DNA of 64,000 nucleotides from Ostreococcus lucimarinus (Eukaryota), in NCBI GenBank assembly GCA_000092065.1, contig CP000596.1, one strand, 5' to 3'. Below the pieces are notes generated by a model. The model was not told the DNA's origin, did no database searches, and saw only the letters and a program-made list of their open reading frames with translations. Shown here one piece after another: positions 27,681 through 37,701 of this stretch (position 1 is its first letter; every line of letters starts with the position of its first letter). Both the position numbers and the translations under genes were made by a program.

Positions 27681-28937
27681 TCAACAGCACGCGCCGCCGG
27701 CGGGGGCGGCGCTGGATGAGGCGGCGACGGGCGACGGACCGCAATCGAACAAGCCGTAGTGCGTGGAGCGGTCGCCGACGAGGGTGAAGTACTTGCCGAG
27801 CCAGGTCTCGCCGACCATGGATCCCGTGTTCCCGCACACGAGCATGGGTTTGTTCTTTTCGAATCGGTGATGGTCGTCGAGTTGGTACGCGTTCGGCGCG
27901 CCCGGTAAGCCGCCGTTGTACACGGCGTATTGGCCGTAGTCTTCGCAGAGCGTCTCCAAGCAACCCGGGGGAAGCTTGAACAGGCGGTAGGTGATGGAGT
28001 AGAACTTGGCCTCGCCCAAAAGTTCTGCGAGCGCGGGATCGCGCACTTCGATCTCGTGACCGGCCAAAACGCGCGGATCGGTAAAGCCGACGGCTTGGCA
28101 AAGACGCTTGAAGTCTTCGACGTACATGGCGCCGCCGAGGCACTCGCCGAGTAAAATTTCGTGCGAGCGCAAATCTTCCTGAAGTCTTCGGTCGCAGTAC
28201 ACGTCGCTGAAGTAAAACTCGCCGCCGTTCGCCAAGACGCGGTACGCCTCGCTCAACACCGCGGGCTTATCGGGGCTCAGATTGATGACGCAGTTGCTGA
28301 TGATCATGTCCACCGACGCGTCGGGCACCCCCGCGGCTTTCAAATCCTCAATGGTTCCCTTCTCAAATCGCATGTTCGCCTTCGCGTACCCGAGCGTCTT
28401 CGTGCAGTATTCATCCACGTATTTTCTCGCCACCTCCAACTGTCCATCCGTCATGTCCACTCCCAACACGCTTCCGTTTTCGCCGACGAGCTTCGCCGCG
28501 ACGTAACAGTCTCGTCCGCTTCCGCTTCCCAAATCCAGCACGCGCAGTCCATCGATCCCGATCGGCGTCGGACTACCGCATCCGTAGTATTTCGCCTTGA
28601 CCTCATCCGGCACCTCTCGCAGCGCCTCGCGCACGGCTTTCGGGATTTGTTCGCTCGGCGTGCAGCACGCGCTCGTCTTCAAGTCGTCGCTCGTGCTCAG
28701 CGTCTCGCCGTAGTACTTTTGCACGCTCGCGCGCACGCTCGCGTCGCCGCCCGGTGCGATGATCGTGGCGCCGAGCAGCGCGTCCAGGGCGCCGCTCGAG
28801 CTCGAGCTCGCGCGCGCCCGCGCGCGCGTTCGAGCCGACGTCGCGCGCGGTGACGTCGCGCTCGAGCGCGACGAATCGCGACGGCGCGTCGCGCGCGTCG
28901 CGCGCGCGGGCGCGGCGGTGACGGTCGCGGACGCCAT
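27681..28937 (-). CDS. Arsenite S-adenosylmethionine methyltransferase (ArsM/AS3MT), the all-cysteine paralog
   Basis: Motifs VQKYYGETL, SACCTP, VLDLGSGSG, ISNCVINL and LLGECLGGAMY. The start was chosen at ATG 28937 (MASATVT...), because the ATG at 29111 is only 9 nt from the upstream gene's stop. Confidence 0.8.
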   Translation of the reverse strand: MASATVTAAPARATRATRRRDSSRSSATSPRATSARTRARARASSSSSGALDALLGATIIAPGGDASVRASVQKYYGETLSTSDDLKTSACCTPSEQIPKAVREALREVPDEVKAKYYGCGSPTPIGIDGLRVLDLGSGSGRDCYVAAKLVGENGSVLGVDMTDGQLEVARKYVDEYCTKTLGYAKANMRFEKGTIEDLKAAGVPDASVDMIISNCVINLSPDKPAVLSEAYRVLANGGEFYFSDVYCDRRLQEDLRSHEILLGECLGGAMYVEDFKRLCQAVGFTDPRVLAGHEIEVRDPALAELLGEAKFYSITYRLFKLPPGCLETLCEDYGQYAVYNGGLPGAPNAYQLDDHHRFEKNKPMLVCGNTGSMVGETWLGKYFTLVGDRSTHYGLFDCGPSPVAASSSAAPAGGACC

Positions 28938-29119
28938 CGTTCGCGCGCGCGTGGATTTCGGCGCTCGCGCGCGCTCGCGTCGATCGCGCGCGCGTCGGTG
29001 TGGAGATCGCGCGTCGACGCGCGCGGGTCGAGTCGGGACGCGCGAGCGGCGGCGAAGCGCGCGAACGAAGGCATCGCGATGGTGACGACCGCGGCCGGCG
29101 GCGTCGAACATTGATGACG

Positions 29120-30658
29120 CTAATTAAATCCCGCGATGACGTTTTCGGTGCCCCACTTGCCCCAGTCCGGGAGCGCGGCCGACGCCTCGTTCACGGCGTC
29201 GACGAGGGCGCGCACCAAATCGTTGTTCATGCCCTTCGGCGGGTCGGGGATCTTTTTGGGAGGGTACGCGTGGGAGTACGAACGCTTGTCGAAACGCCAG
29301 GCGCCGATTTTCCCCGGAGTGAAGACGCCGTCTAAGTCGTAATCCATGCCGTAGGTGAAGTGGATGGAGATGAAGTCGCCGACGGCCTTGTCCCACGGCG
29401 GCTGCGCCGCCATTTGCGGTCGCAAATCGTGCGAGATCCCGAGCTTGTACGCGGCTAACGTGTATCCGTACATCTCGATCACCCATCCCCACGCCGCTTT
29501 GGCGTCTTTGTCTTTTTGTAGCGCCACCGACATCTCCGCCCACGCCGGGGCGAGACGCTCGAGGTCGTCTTTTCTAATGAACACGGGCGAGCTGCCGATA
29601 CCGTCGATATCCTTCATCTCTTCATCCGTGATTCCCGGCAAAAACCGCCTGACGATGTCCGGTTTCTCTTTGGGATTGATGTAAAAGAATGGAAACGCCG
29701 CCGGCGTGTCGCCGCGCATCAAGTTTGGCACGGGTTTAATGTACAAGTGGTCCGGCTCCGCCATCAAGATGAAGTCTTCTTCGATTTGCGGACACTTTTC
29801 AAAAAACTGCACGAACGCAAACGGGCGGCTCAAGACCACGAACCCTAACTCATCCTCTAATCTATCCACGATGCACGTCGGAATTTCGTCCTCTAACCCA
29901 TCCGCGACGTCGTGAAGCACGCGCGTGAACCCGCCCATCTGCCCGTTCGGTCCTTGCGCGGCTTTTTGCTTTTGAAAGTGATAATACATCACCCGCGCCT
30001 GCCACCCCTGATACACCGCATTATTCGTCGTCATCACCACGTGAAACTTTCGCGACGGATCGGGATCGCCCCGCATGTCATCCTGCACGTATATCGATCC
30101 GCTCGTCCACGGATTACCGCCGCCCTCCGTCCCCGTCGTCATCGTCGCGCGCGCCTGCTTCTTCAACCAACACGACTTGTGAGGTTGTCCCAGGCACCCG
30201 CTCTCGAATCCACACCACACGAACACCGTGCATCCTTCGTCTCGCATCTCCACGCACGCGTCGTGACACGCCTCGGCGCTGTCTTTCAGGAACTTGTCTC
30301 CCCACTTGACGACGTCGCCGCCGGCTTCGAAGCCTTCGCGCGGTTGAAAGCCGCTCAGCTTCAACGTCTCCGCGCGCGCGCGACGCGTCGTCCGCGCGCG
30401 CGGTCCGACGCGCGCGGTCGCCACCGACGACGGTTCGGCCTCGCTCGGCGATTCGGGCGCGTCGACGCGCGCGCTCGACGTCGAGCGCGCGTCGAGCGGC
30501 GCATCGATGGATGTCAAAGTTTCGCGCGCTGTTCGCGCGCGCGACGGCGGACGAGGCGGTGATTTCACCGCGGGGTAACCCGTGAACGCGATGTACGCCA
30601 AGCACAGCGCGAACGCGGCGCGCGCGAGCCCGCGACGGCGAGGTTTCGCCGCCGGCAT
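29120..30658 (-). CDS. Type II membrane glycosyltransferase. HPAT/SGT1-like (GT95/96) is a tentative family assignment.
   Basis: N-terminal TM LARAAFALCLAYIAFTG. Motif FHVVMTTNNAVYQGWQARVMYYHFQK. ATG at 30658. Confidence 0.5.
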   Translation of the reverse strand: MPAAKPRRRGLARAAFALCLAYIAFTGYPAVKSPPRPPSRARTARETLTSIDAPLDARSTSSARVDAPESPSEAEPSSVATARVGPRARTTRRARAETLKLSGFQPREGFEAGGDVVKWGDKFLKDSAEACHDACVEMRDEGCTVFVWCGFESGCLGQPHKSCWLKKQARATMTTGTEGGGNPWTSGSIYVQDDMRGDPDPSRKFHVVMTTNNAVYQGWQARVMYYHFQKQKAAQGPNGQMGGFTRVLHDVADGLEDEIPTCIVDRLEDELGFVVLSRPFAFVQFFEKCPQIEEDFILMAEPDHLYIKPVPNLMRGDTPAAFPFFYINPKEKPDIVRRFLPGITDEEMKDIDGIGSSPVFIRKDDLERLAPAWAEMSVALQKDKDAKAAWGWVIEMYGYTLAAYKLGISHDLRPQMAAQPPWDKAVGDFISIHFTYGMDYDLDGVFTPGKIGAWRFDKRSYSHAYPPKKIPDPPKGMNNDLVRALVDAVNEASAALPDWGKWGTENVIAGFN

Positions 30659-30732
30659 CGCGGCGCGCTGTGCGGCGCGACGCGCGAGACGCGAAGACTG
30701 GAGATTACACGCGCGACGCGCGCGCGACGAAT

Positions 30733-31752
30733 CTACGACGACGATCGCGGCGACGTCGGCGATGCGATGACTGGTAACTCGACGTCCGACTCGCGACCGG
30801 CGACGCCGGCTTCGACCGCCGAATCTCTCGCGGCGGCGGCGGCGCGCGCGGCGGCTTCGTCCGACTCGGCGATTTCCCTCGCGAACGTCTTCGCGCTCTC
30901 GTCCTCGCTCACTCGCGCGTCGAAGCGCACGCGCGGAGGCCCTATTTTCGCGAACCACACCTCGTAGCAATTCTTCAACACGCTCCCGGTGTTGTACGGA
31001 TTCGCTCGCCAACCGTGCGCGTCTCTAAAATTCTCGTACGTCGTCTGATTCGTCGACACTAAATACGCGTGAAAACAACTCAACGCCCCCACGAACACGA
31101 ACGCCACGAACGCCACGAAGAACACCGCGATCGCCGCCCCAGATTTCTTCATCCCTCGATAGCTCACGCTGTATCCGCACGTCGTCATCGTGAACGCGCA
31201 CAGCGCCGTCGTCCCGTACGTAAACATCAAAAACGCCCTATAATTTCTCTTCCCGATCGTCGTCCCCGTCCACGGGCAGTGATGATCGAACTTTTCCACG
31301 CAATCGTTGCACACGCTGCAGTGATGCGCGCGCGGCGGTTGGAAGTACCCGCACGTGTCGTTCCACCTCGTCGTCGTCGTCCGTCCCGTCGTCGCCACCG
31401 TCGTCTCCCTCGTCTTCCCTCGCATCGAGCTCGTCCGCCCATCGCGCGCCAATCGCGGCAGAATTCCGGGATCCGTCAGCGCCGTCTTCGCCAACCATCC
31501 CAGGCACCACGCCGGCAGCGCCACGCCGCACGCGAGCGTCCACGCGCCGAGTTTCCGTCGCAACAGCGGTTCGATGACGACCAGAAGATTCACGAGCGAC
31601 GGCGCCGCGATCAGCGCCGCGGTGCACAGCGCCGCGCGCGGCCGCGGACCGGCGACGCATCGTCCATCGCACGCGAACGTCTCGTTTCCGGGCCAGCGCT
31701 CGTGCACGCGAGGCGACGGCGCGGCGATTTCGGAATCCGGCGACCGGGACAT
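30733..31752 (-). CDS. zDHHC-type palmitoyltransferase
   Basis: CSVCNDCVEKFDHHCPWTGTTIGKRNY plus flanking TM segments. The first ATG is at 31752 (the track start is TTG). Confidence 0.8.
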   Translation of the reverse strand: MSRSPDSEIAAPSPRVHERWPGNETFACDGRCVAGPRPRAALCTAALIAAPSLVNLLVVIEPLLRRKLGAWTLACGVALPAWCLGWLAKTALTDPGILPRLARDGRTSSMRGKTRETTVATTGRTTTTRWNDTCGYFQPPRAHHCSVCNDCVEKFDHHCPWTGTTIGKRNYRAFLMFTYGTTALCAFTMTTCGYSVSYRGMKKSGAAIAVFFVAFVAFVFVGALSCFHAYLVSTNQTTYENFRDAHGWRANPYNTGSVLKNCYEVWFAKIGPPRVRFDARVSEDESAKTFAREIAESDEAAARAAAAARDSAVEAGVAGRESDVELPVIASPTSPRSSS

Positions 31753-31792
31753 CGTTCGCGCGTCGCGCTGTGGCGGCACGGCGCGACGCGCG

Positions 31793-32881
31793 ATGCGCGC
31801 CGACGCGCGCGCGGGCGAAGGCGCGAGACTGTTGGCGGCGTTCGCGACGCGCGTCGTCCCGCGATTGGCGCGCGCGCGCGCGCACAAGGGGTCGCACGGC
31901 GGGAAGATCGCCGTCGTCGGTGGGAGCGAACTGTACGCGGGCGCGCCGTACTTCGCGAGCGCGGCGGCGATGCGCGCGGGGTGCGATCTGTGTCACGTGT
32001 TCACGCACGCGAAATGCGCGCCGGTGATGAAGGGGTACGGGCCGGACCTGATCGTGCACGAGGCGTGGTCGCGGGACGCGCGCGAGGCGACGCGCGGAGC
32101 GAAGACGGAGACAGAGACGGAGAACGAACGATCGATCGATCTCGTCGAGGCGTTCGGGAGGTTTAGGATCGATAACGCGGTGATCGGACCGGGATTGGGG
32201 CGCGGGGCGGCGCTGGAGGCGGTGGAGGCGCTGAGAGAGGTCGCGGCGGCGTGCGTCGTGGACGCCGACGGGTTGAAGGCGCTGGAACCGACGAGCGCGG
32301 ACGAGGACGGCGCGGAGGCGGCGCGAGGGAGAAATCCGACGGCGCTGGCGACGCCAAATAAGATGGAACTGTGGCGATTGGTGCGAAAGGCGTCGGGGGC
32401 GTTCGAGGGGGGGGTGACGACGATGGATTTGAGCGCGCGCGAGGACAGGGAGAAAATAGCGAGCGCTCTGCGACGGTACGCCGGCTATAATTTCCTCGTC
32501 AAGGGCGAAGACGATTACTTATTCATTCAACACTGGGACGTCGCGCCGTCGGTGTGCGACAGCGAGCGCGCGGCGAGCGGCGACGCGTCGATCGTTCGGC
32601 TCCGTTTCGACGGCGTCGGCTCGCCGAAACGTTCCGGCGGTCAGGGCGACATTCTCGCCGGCGTCCTCGCGGTTTTTCTCCTCTGGTCCCAGCGCACGGA
32701 CGCCACGACCGCGAGCAATCGTTTAGACGATTACGTCGCCGCCGTCGGCGCGGCGTGTTTCCTCGTGAAAGCCGCCTCGAGCGCGGCGTATCGCGAGTAC
32801 GGTCGCGGCGCGCACGCGCAAGACGTCCTCGCGCGCGTCGCCTCGACGTTCATGGCGCATTTAGAACCCGATCTCTCCTAG
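31793..32881 (+). CDS. ATP-dependent NAD(P)H-hydrate dehydratase (YjeF C-terminal / CARKD family)
   Basis: GSHGGKIAVVGGSELYAGAPYFASAAAMRAGCDL, TPNKMEL and GGQGDILAG. ATG at 31793. Confidence 0.8.
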   Translation: MRADARAGEGARLLAAFATRVVPRLARARAHKGSHGGKIAVVGGSELYAGAPYFASAAAMRAGCDLCHVFTHAKCAPVMKGYGPDLIVHEAWSRDAREATRGAKTETETENERSIDLVEAFGRFRIDNAVIGPGLGRGAALEAVEALREVAAACVVDADGLKALEPTSADEDGAEAARGRNPTALATPNKMELWRLVRKASGAFEGGVTTMDLSAREDREKIASALRRYAGYNFLVKGEDDYLFIQHWDVAPSVCDSERAASGDASIVRLRFDGVGSPKRSGGQGDILAGVLAVFLLWSQRTDATTASNRLDDYVAAVGAACFLVKAASSAAYREYGRGAHAQDVLARVASTFMAHLEPDLS

Positions 32882-33002
32882 TTAGCGTTTTGCGATAGTC
32901 ATCGACGGCCTCCGCCGTCGTCCGCGATCGGTGATTCGTTCGTTTCTTCGTCTCGCCGCCGGCGCCTCGCCGCCGTCCCCAAACCTCGAAGCGCCGCCCG
33001 CC

Positions 33003-34358
33003 ATGCCCCCGAAAAAAGTCGTCCAAGAGGAAGTCCTCGGCCCGTGGTCGCTCGGTCGATTCTCGAGCAACCTCAAGGTGCGCTTCGACGCGCTCGATCG
33101 CGCGTCGTCGTCGTCGAAAATCGCGTCCCGAGGGTGGATGCGCGTCCCGATGACGATGCGCTTTTCGCGCGCGCGAACGACGCTCGACGACTGACGCGCC
33201 GCGCGTTTCGCGCTCTGACGCCCGGCGTAGGTCGGCATCGTCGGTATGCCCAACGTGGGGAAGTCCACGCTGTATAACGCGCTGACGAACTGCGCGATCC
33301 CGGCGGAGAACTTTCCATTTTGCACGATCGAGCCGAACAGCACGCGCGTCAACGTGCCGGACGCGAGATTCGATTGGCTCGTCGAGCAAAACAAACCCAA
33401 GAGCGTGGTGGCGCCGTATTTAGAGATTGTCGATATCGCGGGGTTGGTGAAAGGGGCGTCCACGGGCGCTGGACTCGGAAACTCGTTTTTGTCGCACATT
33501 AAAGCCGTCGACGGCATCGCGCACGTGATGCGATGCTTCGAGGACGCGGATGTCATACACGTCGAGGATCGCGTCGATCCGGTGGATGATATCGAAATCA
33601 TCACATCTGAGTTGCGGGCGAAGGATTTGGAATTCATGAGCGCGCTGAAGGAAAAAACGGAGAAGGAGGTCACGCGCGCGGCGAACGCGATGGCGGCCAA
33701 GGAGCAAAAGCAAGAGTTGGAGACGATTTGTAAGGTCGTCGATTGGCTCGAGAGCGGGAAGGAGGTTCGTCACGGCATGGAGCAGTGGACGTCGAATGAT
33801 GTGATGTACTTGAACAAGTATCAGTTGTTGACGGCCAAACCGGTGATTTACTTGGTCAACCTGAGCCGTAAAGATTTCGAACGCAAAAAGAATAAATTCT
33901 TGGTCAAGATTCACGAGTGGGTGCAGGCGCACGGTGGCGGCACCATAATTCCGTTTTCCGCCGAAGTCGAGAGCGAGCTTCAACACGTCGCGGAAGAGGA
34001 CAAGGCGCAGTGGTGCAAGGACCGAGGCGTGCAAACGATGCTGCCGAAGATTATCACGACGGCTTTCTCCACCGTGCACTTGATTTACTTCTTCACCGCG
34101 GGACCAGACGAGGTCAAGGCTTGGTGCATTCGTAAAGGATACAAAGCGCCGCAAGCCGCGGGCGCGATTCACACCGATTTTGAGCGCGGTTTCATCTGTG
34201 CCGAAGTCATGGCGTTTGACGATTTGAAAGAGCTCGGTTCCGAGCAAGCGGTGAAAACTGCGGGCAAGTATCGACAGGAAGGGAAAACGTATACGGTGCA
34301 GGACGCCGACGTCATCTTCTTCAAGTTCAACGTCAGCGGTGCGGCGAAAAAGAAATAA
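33003..34358 (+). CDS. Obg-like ATPase OLA1/YchF in two exons: 33003..33077 and 33231..34358
   Basis: Exon 1 encodes MPPKKVVQEEVLGPWSLGRFSSNLK. Donor AAG|GTGCGC. The 153-nt intron has a CTGAC branch and ends GGCGTAG|. Exon 2 continues VGIVGMPNVGKSTLYNALT. The spliced N-terminus matches the eukaryotic OLA1 N-terminus and G1 motif. Confidence 0.8.
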
Positions 34359-34450
34359 TCGATCTATACGTACTTGAAATATTACACTACACACCGATGA
34401 TGCTCTATTGCGCTATCCTACGCGCGGTGGCTAAATTTTTACAACGACGT

Positions 34451-37021
34451 CTAACGCCGCCTCGTCGAACGGCGAAGAAGGCTGCTCGCGACGCCGACTT
34501 CGCCCGCGCTCCCGGCGCTGCTCGAGTCGTCGTCGTACGAAACATTGAGCCCGTAGTCGACGTTCCCTGGAAATGCATCTATGAAGTCTCGTTCTAACTT
34601 CATCAACTCCCTCAGCGCTATCTCGATGGAGTTGAATCGTTTTCCCTCGTCGAACGCGACGCAACGGTTGAGCCAGGCCTGCAGGCTCGGCATCATCCAC
34701 ATCGTGCTCGGCACCATGCGACCGGTGGAAATCAACATCACAAGCTGCGCGTCGACGAGCATCTGTCGTTCGTTTTCGTCCGGCACGACGTCTTCGATCA
34801 CGTGTTTGGCTTGCCCAAACTGCGCGTAATAGAGCAACTCCCACGCCGCCAAACCGATGCCGTACAAATCAGCCAGTCGATACTTATCGGGCGTGATTGA
34901 CCCTGGCACGATTTTCAATCGCTCGGGGGCGACGTAACACAGCGTCCCGGTGAGTCGCGCGCTGGAATCAAACATCATGTTACCCGCTTTCGCCAAACCG
35001 AGGTCTGAAATCTTAATCACGTGGTTGCGGCGGCATCGCCTCGAGAGTTGCGAGCCGCGATAGCCTTGACACTCGCACGCCACGAGAAAGTTATCCATCT
35101 TAATATCACGATGCACCAAGTTTGCGGCGTGCACGTGCGCGACGCCTTGAATCATCATCTTGATGGCTTTGAAAATCGTCGCCCCGTCGCGCGGGTACGT
35201 GTTTTCTTTCAAGCAATTTCTCAGCGACCCGTGCTGACACAACTCAAACATCATCATCCACGTTCGACTTCGCGGTTCCACGACGGGTCCGAGGTATTCG
35301 CACAAATAATCGCTCTTTTTGATCGTTTCCAAGAATCCAATCTCCGCCTTGGTCTTGTACCTGTCGTGCGGTTCCTTGATGGCGACCAAAGTCGTGACGG
35401 TGAAATCGTCCGGGTCGCGCACGGACGCCAGGTACACCACGCTATTCGCTCCCCGACCGATGATGTCTATGATCGAGTACCCCGCGATGTTGAGCGACTT
35501 GTGTGACGACGTGTCCCGACCGTAAGCACCACCGCCGCTCAGTTTCGAGTGTTGGATGGAATCCGCGTCGTCCAAGTACGAGTTGTCGAGGTCGAGGTCG
35601 GAGTGATCCCGCCCGGTTTCGAAATCAAATCTACCGACGGCGTAGACGACGATGAGGACGAGAAAGCCGGCGAAGATGGAGAACGGCACGAGCAAGGTCA
35701 ACTGTCGACCGTGGATGTACGAGCCGTACGTCCGAGCGACCGACGATGATTCGTCGTCGCGAATCGCCGCGCCCGCGAGATTTTCCGAGACGTCCGCGCA
35801 CCGCGAGACTTTCAGTGCCTCGACGAGTTCGAAGAACGCGCGATGGTTTCGATCGTCGTCGGATGATTCGGTAACGTTTTCCCCGAAAGCGCAAATCGAA
35901 TCGACCAAAGCGTCTGGCCAATCGATGTCGTCGAGGGATCGAAAAACCATCGGATTGAACACCGCGGAGAGCTTGTAATCGAGGCCGAGATACAAACCGT
36001 TGTGCCCGACCGCGGCGACGACGGCGGGCGCGGCGTTCGCCGCGCACCGCAAGGAATCGTAAAGATCACGCGAGCGTTTCCCCCACGCCCGTCGCGAAGT
36101 AAGGGCGCGGTCATCCCACGCAGAGACGACGCCGTGTTGAACGGCGGACGGGAGCCTGCGCCCGACGTAGTCGAGGACGTATTCCGGATACACGTTTTCG
36201 CTCGAACCCAAGCGCGCGATCGCCGAGGCGATCGACGATCCCGAGGCGATCGAGCCCAAGCCACAGTTCTCCGCGGTGTGTAACGCCGCCGTGGCGAATA
36301 TGAACGATTTCAAACGCCCCGAGACGTCGTAATACGGCGACGCGTCCGGCGACGGGTAATCGACGTCCACCGACGCGTCGTAAATCATCGAATACGAAAA
36401 CGTATCGCCGAGTCTTTCGAGAAGAGACGACGACGATCCGCGCGGCGCATCGTCCATGCCCCCGTCATCCCGCCGCTCCAGGATCAACGTCGCCAAATCG
36501 TCGTAAAACGTAATCGGGTGCTCTTTTGACTTCTTCTCCGCGTCGTCGTCTTCGCAACTCGGAATTCCGTCGCAATACTCCCACGCCGCCGTCCCCTCGT
36601 CCACGTAACACCACGGTCCGTACCGCAGCGGGTGTCCGCGCCGTCCGTTGCGACAGTAATTACGATCCGCGTCGTCGACGACCGCGTCGTCGACGCGCTC
36701 GACCCTCGACCACGCCGCGCACGTCTTCCCGCTCGCCGACGCGTCGCGCGTCCCCGCGTAGTCCGACCCGCGCCCCAACCGCGCGACGATCCCGCCGACG
36801 GCGTCGAAGTACGCGCACAGCGGCGTCGGCGGCGGCGCGCCGCGCGCGAGCGCGTCGGCGCACGCCGCGGTGCGCGCGCGAGGCGGGCCGTACCCGGCGC
36901 GAGGACGCGCGCACGACGCGCTCGACGCGCTCGACGACGACGCGACGCACGCGACGCACGCGACGAGGGCGACGACGACGCGCGTTCGCCGACGACCGCG
37001 CGATCGCGCGCGCGACGGCAT
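34451..37021 (-). CDS. Receptor-like protein kinase with an extracellular Kringle domain
   Basis: Signal-like N-terminus. Kringle NYCRNGRRGHPLRYGPWCYVDEGTAAWEYCDGIPSC. TM LLVPFSIFAGFLVLIVVYAV. Kinase HRDIKMDNFLV, DLGLAK and GTLCYVAPE. ATG at 37021. Confidence 0.8.
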   Translation of the reverse strand: MPSRARSRGRRRTRVVVALVACVACVASSSSASSASCARPRAGYGPPRARTAACADALARGAPPPTPLCAYFDAVGGIVARLGRGSDYAGTRDASASGKTCAAWSRVERVDDAVVDDADRNYCRNGRRGHPLRYGPWCYVDEGTAAWEYCDGIPSCEDDDAEKKSKEHPITFYDDLATLILERRDDGGMDDAPRGSSSSLLERLGDTFSYSMIYDASVDVDYPSPDASPYYDVSGRLKSFIFATAALHTAENCGLGSIASGSSIASAIARLGSSENVYPEYVLDYVGRRLPSAVQHGVVSAWDDRALTSRRAWGKRSRDLYDSLRCAANAAPAVVAAVGHNGLYLGLDYKLSAVFNPMVFRSLDDIDWPDALVDSICAFGENVTESSDDDRNHRAFFELVEALKVSRCADVSENLAGAAIRDDESSSVARTYGSYIHGRQLTLLVPFSIFAGFLVLIVVYAVGRFDFETGRDHSDLDLDNSYLDDADSIQHSKLSGGGAYGRDTSSHKSLNIAGYSIIDIIGRGANSVVYLASVRDPDDFTVTTLVAIKEPHDRYKTKAEIGFLETIKKSDYLCEYLGPVVEPRSRTWMMMFELCQHGSLRNCLKENTYPRDGATIFKAIKMMIQGVAHVHAANLVHRDIKMDNFLVACECQGYRGSQLSRRCRRNHVIKISDLGLAKAGNMMFDSSARLTGTLCYVAPERLKIVPGSITPDKYRLADLYGIGLAAWELLYYAQFGQAKHVIEDVVPDENERQMLVDAQLVMLISTGRMVPSTMWMMPSLQAWLNRCVAFDEGKRFNSIEIALRELMKLERDFIDAFPGNVDYGLNVSYDDDSSSAGSAGEVGVASSLLRRSTRRR

Positions 37022-37197
37022 CGCCGACGACCGCGCGTCGGCGGGTGTCACGCGCCGACGTCTCCGGCGCGCGCCCCCCCCTCTCCGGTCGGCGAAACCC
37101 GTAACAAAAGCGTTTCGACCGCGACCGGGGCGGGGGGGGTAAATTTACGCATCAACGAGTATCTATTCAAGGGTGTGAAACGCCCATGTATGTATAA

Positions 37198-37354
37198 GCT
37201 CGGTTAGCTCAGTTGGTTAGAGCGTGGTGCTAATACATTATACGTAGCATTCGATTCGAGCGCGATTCAGTTCGCGCTTCAGACACGTGGACGTTTGTAT
37301 TCAGTCTGATGAAGAGAAACGCCAAGGTCATCGGTTCGACCCCGGTACTGAGCA
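37198..37354 (+). tRNA. tRNA-Ile(AAU) with an 83-nt intron (37236..37318) at the canonical 37/38 position
   Basis: Exons GCTCGGTTAGCTCAGTTGGTTAGAGCGTGGTGCTAATA and ACGCCAAGGTCATCGGTTCGACCCCGGTACTGAGCA match the eukaryotic tRNA-Ile-AAT. A T6 run follows at 37381. Confidence 0.85.
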
Positions 37355-37380
37355 TAGCGTCAGTGAACATTGTTCCCACT

Positions 37381-37386
37381 TTTTTA
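37381..37386 (+). terminator. Pol III terminator (T6) downstream of tRNA-Ile
   Basis: tttttt lies 27 nt past the tRNA 3' end. Confidence 0.6.
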
Positions 37387-37701
37387 GCCTATCAATTTTT
37401 ATCACTTTTTTTATTTCATCTCACTGTATTCATAACCAATTGTCCGTTTCGAGCAGCACTTTTCGCGTTGTCGCGACGCTCGACGTGCGTTCGTCGGGAC
37501 CGACGAATGACTCCGGTCGGACTATTCATATCGCAATCGAATATCGTTGGCGTAGTAACTTTGTGCTCGCTCTTACAAAGGTGGTGTGGCTAAGAATGTC
37601 GGTGGCGGTGGTGGCGACGACACCGCGCGCCGACTTCGGGACAAACGACCGCGGTCGTCAATCGTTTTATCACTCCGCCGTTCAACGAAACGAACGGACG
37701 A

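Noticed and set aside
31069-32166. 365-aa plus-strand and 273-aa minus-strand (31238..32059) ORFs
   Set aside because: Out-of-frame or antisense over the zDHHC and NAD(P)HX dehydratase genes, which have clear catalytic motifs.
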